55,085 nt of DNA from an uncultured Candidatus Saccharibacteria bacterium (lineage in GTDB: Bacteria > Patescibacteriota > Minisyncoccia > Phycocordibacterales > UBA2100). Location: the NCBI GenBank assembly GCA_964654205.1, contig CAZZHR010000001.1, positions 131,953 to 187,037 on the forward strand, given 5' to 3'. A program made the translations under genes and the position numbers. Positions 1-8,681 of the stretch are shown in pieces. The notes beneath the pieces were generated by a model. The model was not told the origin of the DNA. It searched no databases and was given only the letters and a program-made list of their open reading frames with translations. The stretch's first letter is position 1. The number at the start of each line of letters is the position of its first letter.

Positions 1-591
1 CTTCCTATCCCGGTCTTCCTGGATTCACCACTTGCGATACGCATCACCGACGTATTCCGTTCGCATCGCGCACTTTTCAATGATAGGACGCGCGAGCGCT
101 TCGAGCGAAGCGACGACCCGTTCGCGTTCCCAGGCCTCAAAGTCACGTTGAGTACGGAGGAATCACATCGCATTTTCGGCGCGCCCGAGCCCAAAATCAT
201 CATTGCGGGTGCTGGGATGTCGGAGGGCGGGCGCATCCGCGCCCATGAGAGGGAGTATTTGCCACGCAAGGAAGCCGCGATTCTCTTCGTGGGCTACCAG
301 ACTCCGGGAAGTCTCGGACGACGCATTCTCGATGGCGAAAAGAAGGTGAGGATAGAAGACGAGTACGTGCGTGTGCGTGCGTCGGTGGGGATGCTGACGG
401 GGTATTCAGGCCACGCCGATCGAGAACAGCTCCTCTCATTCGTAGAGAGCGGGGGGAATCCACTGAAGAAAGTGTTCGTAACAATGGGCGAACCGCGCTC
501 GTCCATGTTTTTCGCACAGCGGATCAAAGATTTCCTCGGTGTCGAGGCAATAGTACCCCGCAAGGACGATTCGTACGACATAGAACTCTAG
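1..591 (+). CDS. MBL-fold beta-CASP RNA-metabolising hydrolase, C-terminal part (5' end lies outside the window)
   Basis: Frame 1 is open from nt 1 and continuous with ORF 148-591. GYSGHADREQL matches the beta-CASP His motif, and the C-terminus is typical of RNase J/CPSF-like MBL hydrolases. Confidence 0.75.
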   Translation, partial: LPIPVFLDSPLAIRITDVFRSHRALFNDRTRERFERSDDPFAFPGLKVTLSTEESHRIFGAPEPKIIIAGAGMSEGGRIRAHEREYLPRKEAAILFVGYQTPGSLGRRILDGEKKVRIEDEYVRVRASVGMLTGYSGHADREQLLSFVESGGNPLKKVFVTMGEPRSSMFFAQRIKDFLGVEAIVPRKDDSYDIEL

Positions 592-600
592 CGGGGGTGC

Positions 601-606
601 TATAAT
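601..606 (+). promoter_or_regulatory. -10 box TATAAT, 9 nt upstream of the ATG at 616 (leaderless-type promoter)
   Basis: TATAAT-ttctatcaa-ATG with no Shine-Dalgarno. The same layout recurs across the window. Confidence 0.5.
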
Positions 607-615
607 TTCTATCAA

Positions 616-1299
616 ATGGCGAAGAAAATCCTGCACCCCAACCACACGGCCGTACCGCGCAATTTTTGCCGTCTGCCCGACGGCTACGGCGTCGTAAAAA
701 TCGGCGTCTCCGGCGCAGCCGATACAAAATACTCGGGACTCGATGCGTTTGAAAAGGGAAAAGAGCTCGGTCGTGAGATAGCGAAGCAGGGCGGAATCAT
801 CACGACAGGTGCCACGACCGGATTCCCGATGTATGCAGCCATGGGCGCAAAAGACGAGTGCGGCTTTTCTATTGGATTTTCTCCCGCCTCAACTGAGCGC
901 GAACACGTCGAGACGTACAAGCTCCCGCTGGACTACATGGATGTCGTGGTCTACACGGGTTTTGGGTACTCTGGTCGCGACCTGCTTTTCGTGCGCTCAT
1001 CCGATGCGATGATCATCGGTCCCGGCCGGGTCGGTACCATCAACGAGTTTGCGGTCGCCTTCGAAGACAAGCGCCCTATCGGCATCCTGCAAGGTGAGGC
1101 GGATACCGACGAACTCCTCGCGCTCATTATCGATGCTGCGCACAGGCCGAATCCCAATATCGTTTTCGACACCGACCCAAAGCGGCTCATCCAGAAGCTC
1201 ATAGAGATGGTGCGCAAGCAAAAGGAAACCTCGATGCTCGTGTATCGCAATCACGATGGCTGGAGCGCGACAGGGAAGAACGCGGAGGTCATCCTATAG
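616..1299 (+). CDS. LOG/TIGR00725-family Rossmann-fold protein (lysine-decarboxylase-like)
   Basis: GVSGAA N-terminal loop, TTGATTGFP, and PGRVGTINEF (the PGGxGTxxE-like LOG motif). Confidence 0.7.
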   Translation: MAKKILHPNHTAVPRNFCRLPDGYGVVKIGVSGAADTKYSGLDAFEKGKELGREIAKQGGIITTGATTGFPMYAAMGAKDECGFSIGFSPASTEREHVETYKLPLDYMDVVVYTGFGYSGRDLLFVRSSDAMIIGPGRVGTINEFAVAFEDKRPIGILQGEADTDELLALIIDAAHRPNPNIVFDTDPKRLIQKLIEMVRKQKETSMLVYRNHDGWSATGKNAEVIL

Positions 1300-1401
1300 C
1301 AACCCTTCGGAGTGGGGTATTGTTCTGCTCAAAAATTCATTGTTGCTGGACTGACGGCCTCCGCAACACTCCACAAGCATGCTACAGGATACAAAGGAAG
1401 A

Positions 1402-1421
1402 AGCCCCGCGTTCGCGGGGCT
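1402..1421. terminator. Bidirectional hairpin terminator between convergent genes
   Basis: AGCCCCGC-GTTC-GCGGGGCT, followed on the minus strand by TTCTTCCTTTG just after the rplT stop. Confidence 0.6.
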
Positions 1422-1446
1422 CTGGCTAGGGGGAGGGAGTCGGACG

Positions 1447-1794
1447 TTACGATTTGAGTTGGGTAACAACGCGATTGAAAACTTCAGGATAGTCCTTTGC
1501 AAGCGCTGCGAGGCTCTTTCTATCGAGCATGATGCCTCCCTTCTTGAGAGCACCGATGAATTTGGAGTACGAAAGTCCATTTTCGCGCGCAGCCGCGTTG
1601 ATGCGGAGCGTGAAGAGATTGCGGAAGTTGCGCTTCTTGAGGCGCCTGTCGCGGAACGCATGCGCACCCGCATGGCGTACGGCTTCGCGCGCGACGCGCT
1701 CCTTGCTCTTGCGTCCGAATCGGTACCCCTTGGTCTGCGCGAGCAGGTACTTCCTACGCTTATTCTTGGTTTTTCCTCTTTTGACTCTTGCCAT
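1447..1794 (-). CDS. rplT: 50S ribosomal protein L20
   Basis: MARVKRGKTKNKRRKYLLAQTKGYRFGRK... is the canonical L20 N-terminus. Sits in infC-rpmI-rplT order. Confidence 0.95.
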   Translation of the reverse strand: MARVKRGKTKNKRRKYLLAQTKGYRFGRKSKERVAREAVRHAGAHAFRDRRLKKRNFRNLFTLRINAAARENGLSYSKFIGALKKGGIMLDRKSLAALAKDYPEVFNRVVTQLKS

Positions 1795-1818
1795 AGATTT
1801 TGATGATTAGTTTTACTC

Positions 1819-1866
1819 GCCTGCCCCGTAGCCAAACGAAGCGAAGCTGAGTTTGTGGTACTGGGG
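1819..1866 (-). repeat. Conserved leader hairpin, copy 1 (CCCCAGUACC-variable stem-GGCUACGGGGCAGGC), 24 nt upstream of the rplT ATG
   Basis: One of three copies (also 2075-2114 and 14304-14343). Outer helix and 3' tail are conserved; the apical stem covaries. Confidence 0.7.
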
Positions 1867-1878
1867 TGCCATATGTGT

Positions 1879-2061
1879 TTATCGAGGGAGGAAGCGGCTG
1901 CGGAGGTTGCTGTCCATTGCGAAAGAGGTTGCGCGGCGCTTCTGCTGTCTGCCTGTGCCGGAGTCCTTGGCGTTGAAGTGGTTGTGGCCAGGGGCGCGGG
2001 CGACGATTTTGCCCTTTTTGGTCACCCTTAGTCTTTTCGTAAATGATTTATTTGTTTTCAT
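1879..2061 (-). CDS. rpmI: 50S ribosomal protein L35
   Basis: MKTNKSFTKRLRVTKKGKI...HNH is typical of L35. Lies between infC and rplT. Confidence 0.93.
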   Translation of the reverse strand: MKTNKSFTKRLRVTKKGKIVARAPGHNHFNAKDSGTGRQQKRRATSFAMDSNLRSRFLPR

Positions 2062-2074
2062 ACGGCTTCGATTT

Positions 2075-2114
2075 GCCTGCCCCGCAGCCAGCGCGAAGCG
2101 CTACGGTACTGGGG
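2075..2114 (-). repeat. Conserved leader hairpin, copy 2, 13 nt upstream of the rpmI ATG
   Basis: CCCCAGUACC-GU-AGCGC-UUC-GCGCU-GGCUGCGGGGCAGGC. Same outer helix as copies 1 and 3, with a different compensated apical stem. Confidence 0.7.
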
Positions 2115-2127
2115 TTGGTTTGTGGTC

Positions 2128-2151
2128 GAAAGAAAAGGCCTGTAAGGCCTT
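2128..2151 (-). terminator. Rho-independent terminator or attenuator after infC
   Basis: Minus strand AAGGCCT-TAC-AGGCCTT followed by TTCTTTC, between the infC stop and the rpmI leader hairpin. Confidence 0.55.
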
Positions 2152-2179
2152 GCCGGGCACTATACTTCAAAGCCACGGC

Positions 2180-2809
2180 TTAATCAAGGTTTTCAGCCCC
2201 CTCGGCTTCCCGAGGCTCTGCAGATGTCTGAACTGGTTTCGGGGGCACCTTTGCGTGTCCTTTTTTTGAGGCGTCACGCTCGAGGCTGACCGATAGGCCT
2301 TTGGGACTCTTCTTTATCTCTTCCGCGATCTTGAAGCCCTCGGGAATAATCGCGAGGAAGCGTTCAAGGCGCTCCTTGAGGAAATCAAACTCCATATATT
2401 TGTAGCGACCCCACAAGAAGAGGTCGATCTTCACCCGGTGCCCCTCACGGAGCCACGAGGCGATCTTGTTTGCCTTGATACTCATGTCGTTTTGGCTCGT
2501 ACCTATCTTCACCTGAGCTTCCTTCGTCTCCGTGACCTTCGCCTTCGACTTCACCTCTTTGTCCTTCTTCTTCTGCTCGTATTTAAACTTCCCGTAATCG
2601 GTGATGCGGCAGACCGGGGGATTCGCGTTGGGCGAGACTTCGATGAGGTCGAGCCCCGCTTCCTGTGCTTTCTGTATCGCCTCGCGCGTGGGCAAAATGC
2701 CGAGGTTGCCTCCGTCGGCGCCGATCACGCGCACTTCCTTTGCGCGGATGCCTTCGTTCATGCGGACCTGTTCCTTCTCCGCCTGCGATGTGTATTTCGT
2801 AAAACCCAT
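2180..2809 (-). CDS. infC: Translation initiation factor IF-3
   Basis: INEGIRAKEVRVIG...LDLIEVSPNANPPVCRI.DYGKFKYE is a clear IF-3 match. The ORF track starts at a GTG at 2845. I prefer the ATG at 2809, which lies 10 nt after a TATAGT box; the start is uncertain. Confidence 0.9.
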   Translation of the reverse strand: MGFTKYTSQAEKEQVRMNEGIRAKEVRVIGADGGNLGILPTREAIQKAQEAGLDLIEVSPNANPPVCRITDYGKFKYEQKKKDKEVKSKAKVTETKEAQVKIGTSQNDMSIKANKIASWLREGHRVKIDLFLWGRYKYMEFDFLKERLERFLAIIPEGFKIAEEIKKSPKGLSVSLERDASKKGHAKVPPKPVQTSAEPREAEGAENLD

Positions 2810-2854
2810 TTGTCGCGAAACTATAGCACACACTGGACTTGCCACAATGCGGCG

Positions 2855-4216
2855 CTATTCGTGTGACTGCAAGCCGCTGTCGATAGTCCGTTGTTGAGTG
2901 AATCGGAAAGGCCGGAGTAGGTCGAGGGCTCGCAAGAGAACCTGCCTCATATTCTCAAGCACCCCAAAGACTGCTGTGCGGTCTTGTGGGACGTAGGTTC
3001 CCGTGATGTTCTGGTTCAGATCGGAAGATGTGAAGGTCTGTTGCGCGCCTACGAGCTGCATACTCGCGATACTGCCCGGTGCAACCAATGGGGTTTGGAT
3101 GGTGCTCGTCGGCCTTGCCGTGGTACTCGATTGATTCTGTGTGAGAGCGAGGAGGAGCTGGAGCGGTGTCGATGTCCCTATGTCGGTCGATGTAGCTCCC
3201 GTGTAGGTATTCAGAAAGGAAAGAGTGTCTTGCGCGGTCGTGGAGGAAGTCGTCGCGCCAGTCGCAGGGCTCGTCGTCCCGACACAGGCGCCACTCTGGC
3301 ACCCGCCAGGGCACTCGCGTTGCGCTTGGACTGCACAGAAGGAATTTTTGTACATGAGCGTACTTCCCGAGCACGTGTACTCCGGGAGACAGAACTGCGA
3401 TTGGGTGGGCAACGGAAGATTTGATGGGGCAGGGGTCGCGGCAGGTGCGGCAATCGTCGACGGGGTACCAACCGGGGCGGGCTGTGTCTGCATGCCAATA
3501 GCTTGTCGGAATCTGTCTGCGATTCCCGATGTTGGCGTGGTGGGCGGTAGCGGATAATACTCTCCGCCGGTCTCATCCTCCAACCATGGCGACGGGTCGG
3601 TGGAAGGCTGCCCCGGTGTGATACCGCCCCCGGGACCGCCGGCACGACAAACCTGAACATTGATTGGCTCAATATGATTCCACTCGGGAGAGTATTTCAT
3701 GCGGATATGTAGTCCATCCGCCGGCGCATTCTTTATGACCCACTGACACTGCACCTGTGAACAAGTACTTTGCAGGTACCCAAGGTCTGCTGCGCAACCA
3801 TACGTATGGTTCGACTGGGGGTTTTTCGAACCCTGGCCCTCCGCGGTCCTGTACGCTGACACAATCGTCATGTAGGGTGCCTTACTCAGCATCTTCGCGA
3901 GAGCAACAGCGAAATCGGGGTTAAGTCTGGTAATACCCTCAACCTTCGGATTACGTAGTCCAACCGAGCTGCGTGGCCCCGGAGTATATCTGCTAATCAA
4001 AAACTTGTACGCTGAACAGACCTCTGGGCTCATGACTCGTTTGTCATCGGGCCTCTGCATCTGACCAGCGGGCAGTCCGAAAAGCTCATTGCAAGCCGAT
4101 GGGTTAACCGTGAAAGAATCCGCAGCGCTGGTAATACTTGTGCCAATCGAAAGTAGCACCAAGGCGATGAGCAAGAACAGACACGCTGCCCGTAGCGTTC
4201 GCGATGGAAAAAGCAT
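2855..4216 (-). CDS. Secreted LAS/peptidase-M15-like zinc peptidase with a Thr/Ser/Pro-rich C-terminal region
   Basis: Signal-peptide-like N-terminus. SAYR...HTYGCAADL...EWNHIE matches the HxxxxxxD...H zinc-ligand pattern of VanY/M15-type enzymes. The ATG at 4216 lies 6 nt after TATACT; the ORF-track start at 4222 is a GTG. Confidence 0.6.
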   Translation of the reverse strand: MLFPSRTLRAACLFLLIALVLLSIGTSITSAADSFTVNPSACNELFGLPAGQMQRPDDKRVMSPEVCSAYKFLISRYTPGPRSSVGLRNPKVEGITRLNPDFAVALAKMLSKAPYMTIVSAYRTAEGQGSKNPQSNHTYGCAADLGYLQSTCSQVQCQWVIKNAPADGLHIRMKYSPEWNHIEPINVQVCRAGGPGGGITPGQPSTDPSPWLEDETGGEYYPLPPTTPTSGIADRFRQAIGMQTQPAPVGTPSTIAAPAATPAPSNLPLPTQSQFCLPEYTCSGSTLMYKNSFCAVQAQRECPGGCQSGACVGTTSPATGATTSSTTAQDTLSFLNTYTGATSTDIGTSTPLQLLLALTQNQSSTTARPTSTIQTPLVAPGSIASMQLVGAQQTFTSSDLNQNITGTYVPQDRTAVFGVLENMRQVLLRALDLLRPFRFTQQRTIDSGLQSHE

Positions 4217-4272
4217 ACGCACAGTATATAGGAGCGCTCAGCGCATGCGTTGGTTACTGTGGACGCGTTTCT

Positions 4273-5121
4273 TCACGGAAGAGTCTCGCATGCGTCGCCG
4301 TCGCCGTCGCTGTCGAGTTTGTGGATGTCGCCGGGTCGGCATGCGTCGTACGCGGCCTGTGCCTCTGCGCGCGTCGTGAAGTCCGAGCAGTTGTACGCAT
4401 TGCGACTACACACATACTCGCCGGTTGGCACAGATGTGTGGGGTGCTGGATGTATGGCGCTTGTGGGGTAGTCGGCGCACGCATTCTCTGCCCAGAGTCC
4501 TTTTTTCTGCGCACGCGCGCTCTCTTCTGCCGCTTTGAAGCGGGCTTGGTACGTGTACGGCGTTCCATACGTGTACTCGTGGCCGAATCCTTCCGCAATC
4601 ATGTATTCGTTGAAGAGCGCACCGTCTTCCATATATATGTATGCGAGCGTGCGATTGTACTTGTCGACCGTGCCCTCCGAAGCCTTGGCGGAGGAGGGGA
4701 GACCTTGCGATGGGTCATATTCGAGATGCACCGATGTGCCGGTGAGCAGCCGCTTCGCTTCGTCTGATGCTTCTCTGCCAAAGCACTGCACGGTTGTACG
4801 CGGGTCGACAGTTTCCGGCGTGTCGAGCCCGATGAGCCGGAGTGTCGTGCTCTTGCCTTCGATGTCGACCGCCACTGTGTCGCCGTCGACCACTTTTACC
4901 ACGCGGTAGGGTCCGTGCTGTTGAGGGAGTGTGGATACTTCTTTCAGTACCTCTCGCGGAATTTCTCGCTGCTCGTCCGACGCAGCGATAGCGGCCGCAC
5001 CCGCCTGCTCAAGGCTTGCGCTGCGCGCGACGAATTCAACTGCACGCTCCTGCTCGGGCTGCGAGAAAAAAATAAGGACAGCAACGACGATTGATGTGAG
5101 AACAATCACGAGCGCGCGCAT
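4273..5121 (-). CDS. Membrane-anchored thermonuclease (SNase-like) with a C-terminal Excalibur calcium-binding domain
   Basis: VVDGDTV...LRLIGLDTPE...RTLAYIY is the staphylococcal-nuclease core. The C-terminal DSDGDGDACE is the Excalibur motif. The start at 5121 (MRALVIV, a TM helix) lies 6 nt after TATACT. Confidence 0.85.
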   Translation of the reverse strand: MRALVIVLTSIVVAVLIFFSQPEQERAVEFVARSASLEQAGAAAIAASDEQREIPREVLKEVSTLPQQHGPYRVVKVVDGDTVAVDIEGKSTTLRLIGLDTPETVDPRTTVQCFGREASDEAKRLLTGTSVHLEYDPSQGLPSSAKASEGTVDKYNRTLAYIYMEDGALFNEYMIAEGFGHEYTYGTPYTYQARFKAAEESARAQKKGLWAENACADYPTSAIHPAPHTSVPTGEYVCSRNAYNCSDFTTRAEAQAAYDACRPGDIHKLDSDGDGDACETLP

Positions 5122-5185
5122 GAGTACAGTATAGAAAAGATTTGGGCGTGGGCACCGCATGGTGCCCACGCCCTTGCCTGCGGGT

Positions 5186-5437
5186 TCAGTTGAGCGTGCC
5201 GACGCGTATTTCCCCTTCGGTGCGATAGTCTCCGAAGAGTAGGGTAACTCGCGCGCGCTTCAGGTTGTCGAACACCTCTACCTGATCCGGCATGAAACCG
5301 TTGTCGAGCCCATACTCCTCGAATTTTTTGGTGAGGTATACGGTTGCCTGCGTCATGCTAAGACGCCGTTCGCGCACGAGTGCAAGCTGTTGGGCGAGCC
5401 ACCGCCGCGCGTCTCGCTGTACACGGATTACGTTCAT
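5186..5437 (-). CDS. Hypothetical 83-aa protein, upstream of the nuclease in the same operon
   Basis: ORF with a GGGAGGGG Shine-Dalgarno 5 nt upstream. No recognisable motif. Confidence 0.45.
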   Translation of the reverse strand: MNVIRVQRDARRWLAQQLALVRERRLSMTQATVYLTKKFEEYGLDNGFMPDQVEVFDNLKRARVTLLFGDYRTEGEIRVGTLN

Positions 5438-5543
5438 CAGACCCCTCCCAGGCGTTGTTTGCGGACTCGTTCCAGTATATGTGTGCGAGAGACTATGTGG
5501 CGCGCAGTCGCCGTTTGGTTATCCCCAGACAGTAGTATTTGAC

Positions 5544-5563
5544 TATAGAACGAACGTTCTATA
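5544..5563. promoter_or_regulatory. LexA (SOS/Cheo-type) operator overlapping the lexA promoter
   Basis: TATAGAACGAACGTTCTATA contains GAAC-N4-GTTC. It lies between TTGACT (5538-5543) and TATAGA (5560-5565), 13 nt upstream of the lexA ATG. Confidence 0.75.
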
Positions 5564-5575
5564 GACTGCGGAGGT

Positions 5576-6172
5576 ATGAGCGGCGGCAACATAGAGAGGG
5601 ACAGGGAAGAGGTGCGCGAGTACGGCGAGAAGATGCGGCGCTTCTTCGACTCGCGCCGCCGGATGCCGTCATTCTCCGAGCTCATGGCTCTCTGGGGGTA
5701 CAAGACCAAGAGCGCAGTCCACTACCGCGTCGAACAGCTCCTCCAGGCGGGGTTCATCTCAAAAGATAGGACGGGAAAACTCCTCCCAGGCTGGGAAGAG
5801 GGAGTGAAGCTTCTCGGTCTCGTCGAAGCCGGCTTCCCGTCGCCAGCAGAAGAAGAGCTCCTCGACGTTATGAACTTCGACCAGTACCTCACGCCCAACA
5901 AAGAGTCGAGCTACATCCTGAAAGTAAAAGGCGACTCCATGATAGACGCGGGCATCCAGCCGGGGGACATGGTGATAGTCGAGCGAAAGTCGCAGTACAA
6001 GCCCGGGCAGATAGTGGTGGCAAATGTGGATGGCGAATACACGATGAAGTACTTGCGTAAAGACGGTGAGAAATATTTCCTCGAACCGGCCAACAAAAAG
6101 TATAGGCCGATATATCCCACAGAATCTTTCAGAATCGAAGCTGTTGTGACCGCTGTCGTCCGAAAGTATTAA
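5576..6172 (+). CDS. lexA: LexA repressor (S24 peptidase)
   Basis: wHTH N-terminus, VEAG Ala-Gly cleavage site, GDSM catalytic Ser and MKY Lys. GGAGG Shine-Dalgarno upstream. Confidence 0.9.
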   Translation: MSGGNIERDREEVREYGEKMRRFFDSRRRMPSFSELMALWGYKTKSAVHYRVEQLLQAGFISKDRTGKLLPGWEEGVKLLGLVEAGFPSPAEEELLDVMNFDQYLTPNKESSYILKVKGDSMIDAGIQPGDMVIVERKSQYKPGQIVVANVDGEYTMKYLRKDGEKYFLEPANKKYRPIYPTESFRIEAVVTAVVRKY

Positions 6173-6480
6173 TTGTGCTCAATTATCCGCGTCATCCAAT
6201 CTTAATCACGCTATGAAGAAAATAGACACATGGCTCGACATTCAGAGATTTCTTTCGGGGGCGACTGATACGCCGATTCTCCCAAGGGAGAGCGCTGAAT
6301 TCAAACAAGTAGGTTTATCAGAAATTGCGGAGGTAAGGAGCATGCGCTTCAACCTCTCGGGTCACACAAATTAAATATGTACACGTACCGCACAAGCATT
6401 CTCTATCTGCTCCTGCGTCCCATTTTCGAGGCGCTCCGCGAGAGGCTGAAGCCAAAGCGCGAGCCGACGAGGTATGAAGT

Positions 6481-7080
6481 ATGGAATGTCTGAGGGATAA
6501 GAACCTTGCGATAGTCGATGTGGAGACATCCGGCACGCACTCCGCGTCGAGTCGCATCATCGAGATAGGGATACTCCGCATCGAAGACGGACAATGTGTC
6601 GAGACCTATCGCTCGACAGTAAACCCAGGGAAGCGCGTGCCGGTGTGGATCACCGCGCTCACCGGTATTACGCAAGAAGAAGTGAGCGTCGCACCGTACT
6701 TTGAGGAAATAATCGACGACGTAGAGCGGCTCGTGCGGGACGCGATATTTGTCGCGCACAACGTCGCATTCGACTATGCGTTTCTCGAGCGCGAGTTTGC
6801 GCGGCACGGCCGTCGGTTTGTTTCATCGCGCCTGTGCACCGCACGACTCTCGCGGAGGCTTTTCCCGCATTTCCGCCGCCACAGCCTCTCACATCTCATC
6901 GAGCGGCACGGCCTTATGGTGCTCGACAGGCATCGTGCGTGGGACGATGCGTATGCACTCTGGCAGCTTCTTCAGCTCGTTTCGCCGCATCCGCATTTCA
7001 ACGCTACGTTCGACAGCCTCGTGGGCAGAGCTCCCGCGCGCCTCTTTTCCGACGACAGTGGCGAACCCGTTATCCGTTGA
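6481..7080 (+). CDS. DnaQ/epsilon-like DEDDh 3'-5' exonuclease
   Basis: AIVDVETSG (Exo I), FVAHNVAFDYAFL (Exo II) and HRAWDDA (Exo III, H-x4-D). Confidence 0.85.
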   Translation: MECLRDKNLAIVDVETSGTHSASSRIIEIGILRIEDGQCVETYRSTVNPGKRVPVWITALTGITQEEVSVAPYFEEIIDDVERLVRDAIFVAHNVAFDYAFLEREFARHGRRFVSSRLCTARLSRRLFPHFRRHSLSHLIERHGLMVLDRHRAWDDAYALWQLLQLVSPHPHFNATFDSLVGRAPARLFSDDSGEPVIR

Positions 7081-7091
7081 ATATGCGCTCG

Positions 7092-7181
7092 GTATGTACT
7101 CTCCAGAACCCGAATAATTTTTTGCTAAAAATTTTCTCTGCTCGCCCCGCCGGGCTGCGCAAGGTTCTGGAGAGCACATAC
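7092..7181. repeat. 19-bp inverted repeat (1 mismatch) with a 52-nt spacer, upstream of dinB
   Basis: GTATGTACTCTCCAGAACC ... GGTTCTGGAGAGCACATAC. The arms carry GAAC and GTTC. Confidence 0.5.
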
Positions 7182-7208
7182 ACTCGCTTCGGGCGATAAA
7201 GCACTGCC

Positions 7209-8516
7209 ATGAGCTGGGGTCAGTCGGCACATTTCCCTCGCGCAATCATGCACATCGACGGCGACTCCTTTTTTGCATCGTGCGAAGTCGCCAAGAATCC
7301 CACCCTGCGGGGGAAACCAGTAATCACCGGCAAAGAGCGAGGTATCGTCTCGGCGTGCACCTACGAAGCAAAGCGCCTTGGGGTAAAGCGCGGCATGCAG
7401 CTCCACGAGGTACGCAAAATCTGCCCGGAAGCGGTGATACTGCCGTCGGATTATGAGACGTACAGCCTCTTTTCCAACCGTATGTACGCAATAGTGCGGC
7501 GCTGGACGCCGATGCTCGAGGAGTATTCGATAGACGAGTGCTTCGCCGACCTTACGGGCTTGCGTCGTGTCCATCGTATGTCGTACCCGAAGATGGTGGA
7601 ATGCATCAAACGCGATCTCGAACGTGAGCTCGGTATGACATTTTCCATAGGCCTTTCTTGCACCAAAGTGCTCGCAAAGATTGGCTCGAAATGGAAAAAG
7701 CCCGATGGTCTTACGGTGATATCACTCAAGGATTCCAAAAGCTTTCTCGAAAAAACGAAGATATTGCAAGTGTGGGGCATCGGGCCGAACACCGCCGCAT
7801 ACCTGGAGAAGTGGGGAATCCGCACGGCGCTGGATTTTGCAGCGCGTGAGGAGGCGTGGGTAAAAAAGACGCTGTCGAAGCCGTACCAGGAGATTTGGCG
7901 GGAACTTCGTGGCACGGTGTGCCTCGAACTCGACACTGAAGGTAGAAAGACGTACCAATCGATATCGAAGACGAAGACATTCACGCCGCCATCGCGCGAG
8001 GAGAAGTTCATCTTCTCGCAACTCTCGAAAAACATCGAGAACGCGTGCATCAAAGCTCGGAGATGGAATCTCGCTTCGCCTTCCATTTTCTTTTTCCTTA
8101 AAACACAAGAATTCAAGTACCACGGCTGCGAGATACGACTCTCGCACGCGACCTGCGTACCGCAAGACATCCTGAGGGCGGTATCGGAGCACTTCCCGCG
8201 GGTTTTCCGGAGGGGGGAACTCTACCGCGCGACAGGTGTCACACTCATGCGGCTTCAAGACAGCGGGAGCGCGCAGCTCGACCTTTTTGGTGCGGTGCTG
8301 AAATCGAAATCAATCGAACAGGTCTTCGGGAGTATCGATGCAGTGGCGAAGAAATACGGCAAGCACACTGTGTTCCTTGCATCGAGTTGCGAAGCGATGC
8401 GGCACGGCGCTCATGCGGGGGAGCGTGGCGACGTGCCCGAGAGGGTGGAGCGGATGTTTCGCGGCGAGACGGCGCGCAAGAGACTCGGCGTGGCGTACCT
8501 GGGGGAAGTGAATTAG
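7209..8516 (+). CDS. dinB: Y-family DNA polymerase IV
   Basis: HIDGDSFFASCE, and SIDECFADLTG is typical of Pol IV/UmuC-fold polymerases. Alternative start at 7248. Confidence 0.9.
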   Translation: MSWGQSAHFPRAIMHIDGDSFFASCEVAKNPTLRGKPVITGKERGIVSACTYEAKRLGVKRGMQLHEVRKICPEAVILPSDYETYSLFSNRMYAIVRRWTPMLEEYSIDECFADLTGLRRVHRMSYPKMVECIKRDLERELGMTFSIGLSCTKVLAKIGSKWKKPDGLTVISLKDSKSFLEKTKILQVWGIGPNTAAYLEKWGIRTALDFAAREEAWVKKTLSKPYQEIWRELRGTVCLELDTEGRKTYQSISKTKTFTPPSREEKFIFSQLSKNIENACIKARRWNLASPSIFFFLKTQEFKYHGCEIRLSHATCVPQDILRAVSEHFPRVFRRGELYRATGVTLMRLQDSGSAQLDLFGAVLKSKSIEQVFGSIDAVAKKYGKHTVFLASSCEAMRHGAHAGERGDVPERVERMFRGETARKRLGVAYLGEVN

Positions 8517-8681
8517 CTTTCACCCCGTGAGAGAACGCAGCAGGCGTCATAGAACGAACAGGCACAAGGATTGGCAACCTAATTCATGTGGTTGGAAATA
8601 GGGAGGATTCTCTCATGGGGTTCACCCCGGCTTCACTCCCTCGGCATTACGCTGAGAGCTTATCAGCTCAGAGGAAACTCT

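Noticed and set aside
1329-1835. 168-aa ORF beginning MATGQA, the same start as the long form of smpB
   Set aside because: MATGQA is the translation of the conserved leader hairpin (GGCUACGGGGCAGGC). The rest of the ORF is antisense or out of frame relative to rplT.
6213-6496. Two short ORFs (53 and 39 codons) in the lexA-exonuclease gap
   Set aside because: No motifs and no convincing promoter or SD context. They may be remnants, and the support is not enough to annotate them.
8549-8560. ATAGAACGAACA, resembling the left half of the lexA operator
   Set aside because: Only the GAAC half is present, with no GTTC partner at N4, so I do not call it a LexA box.
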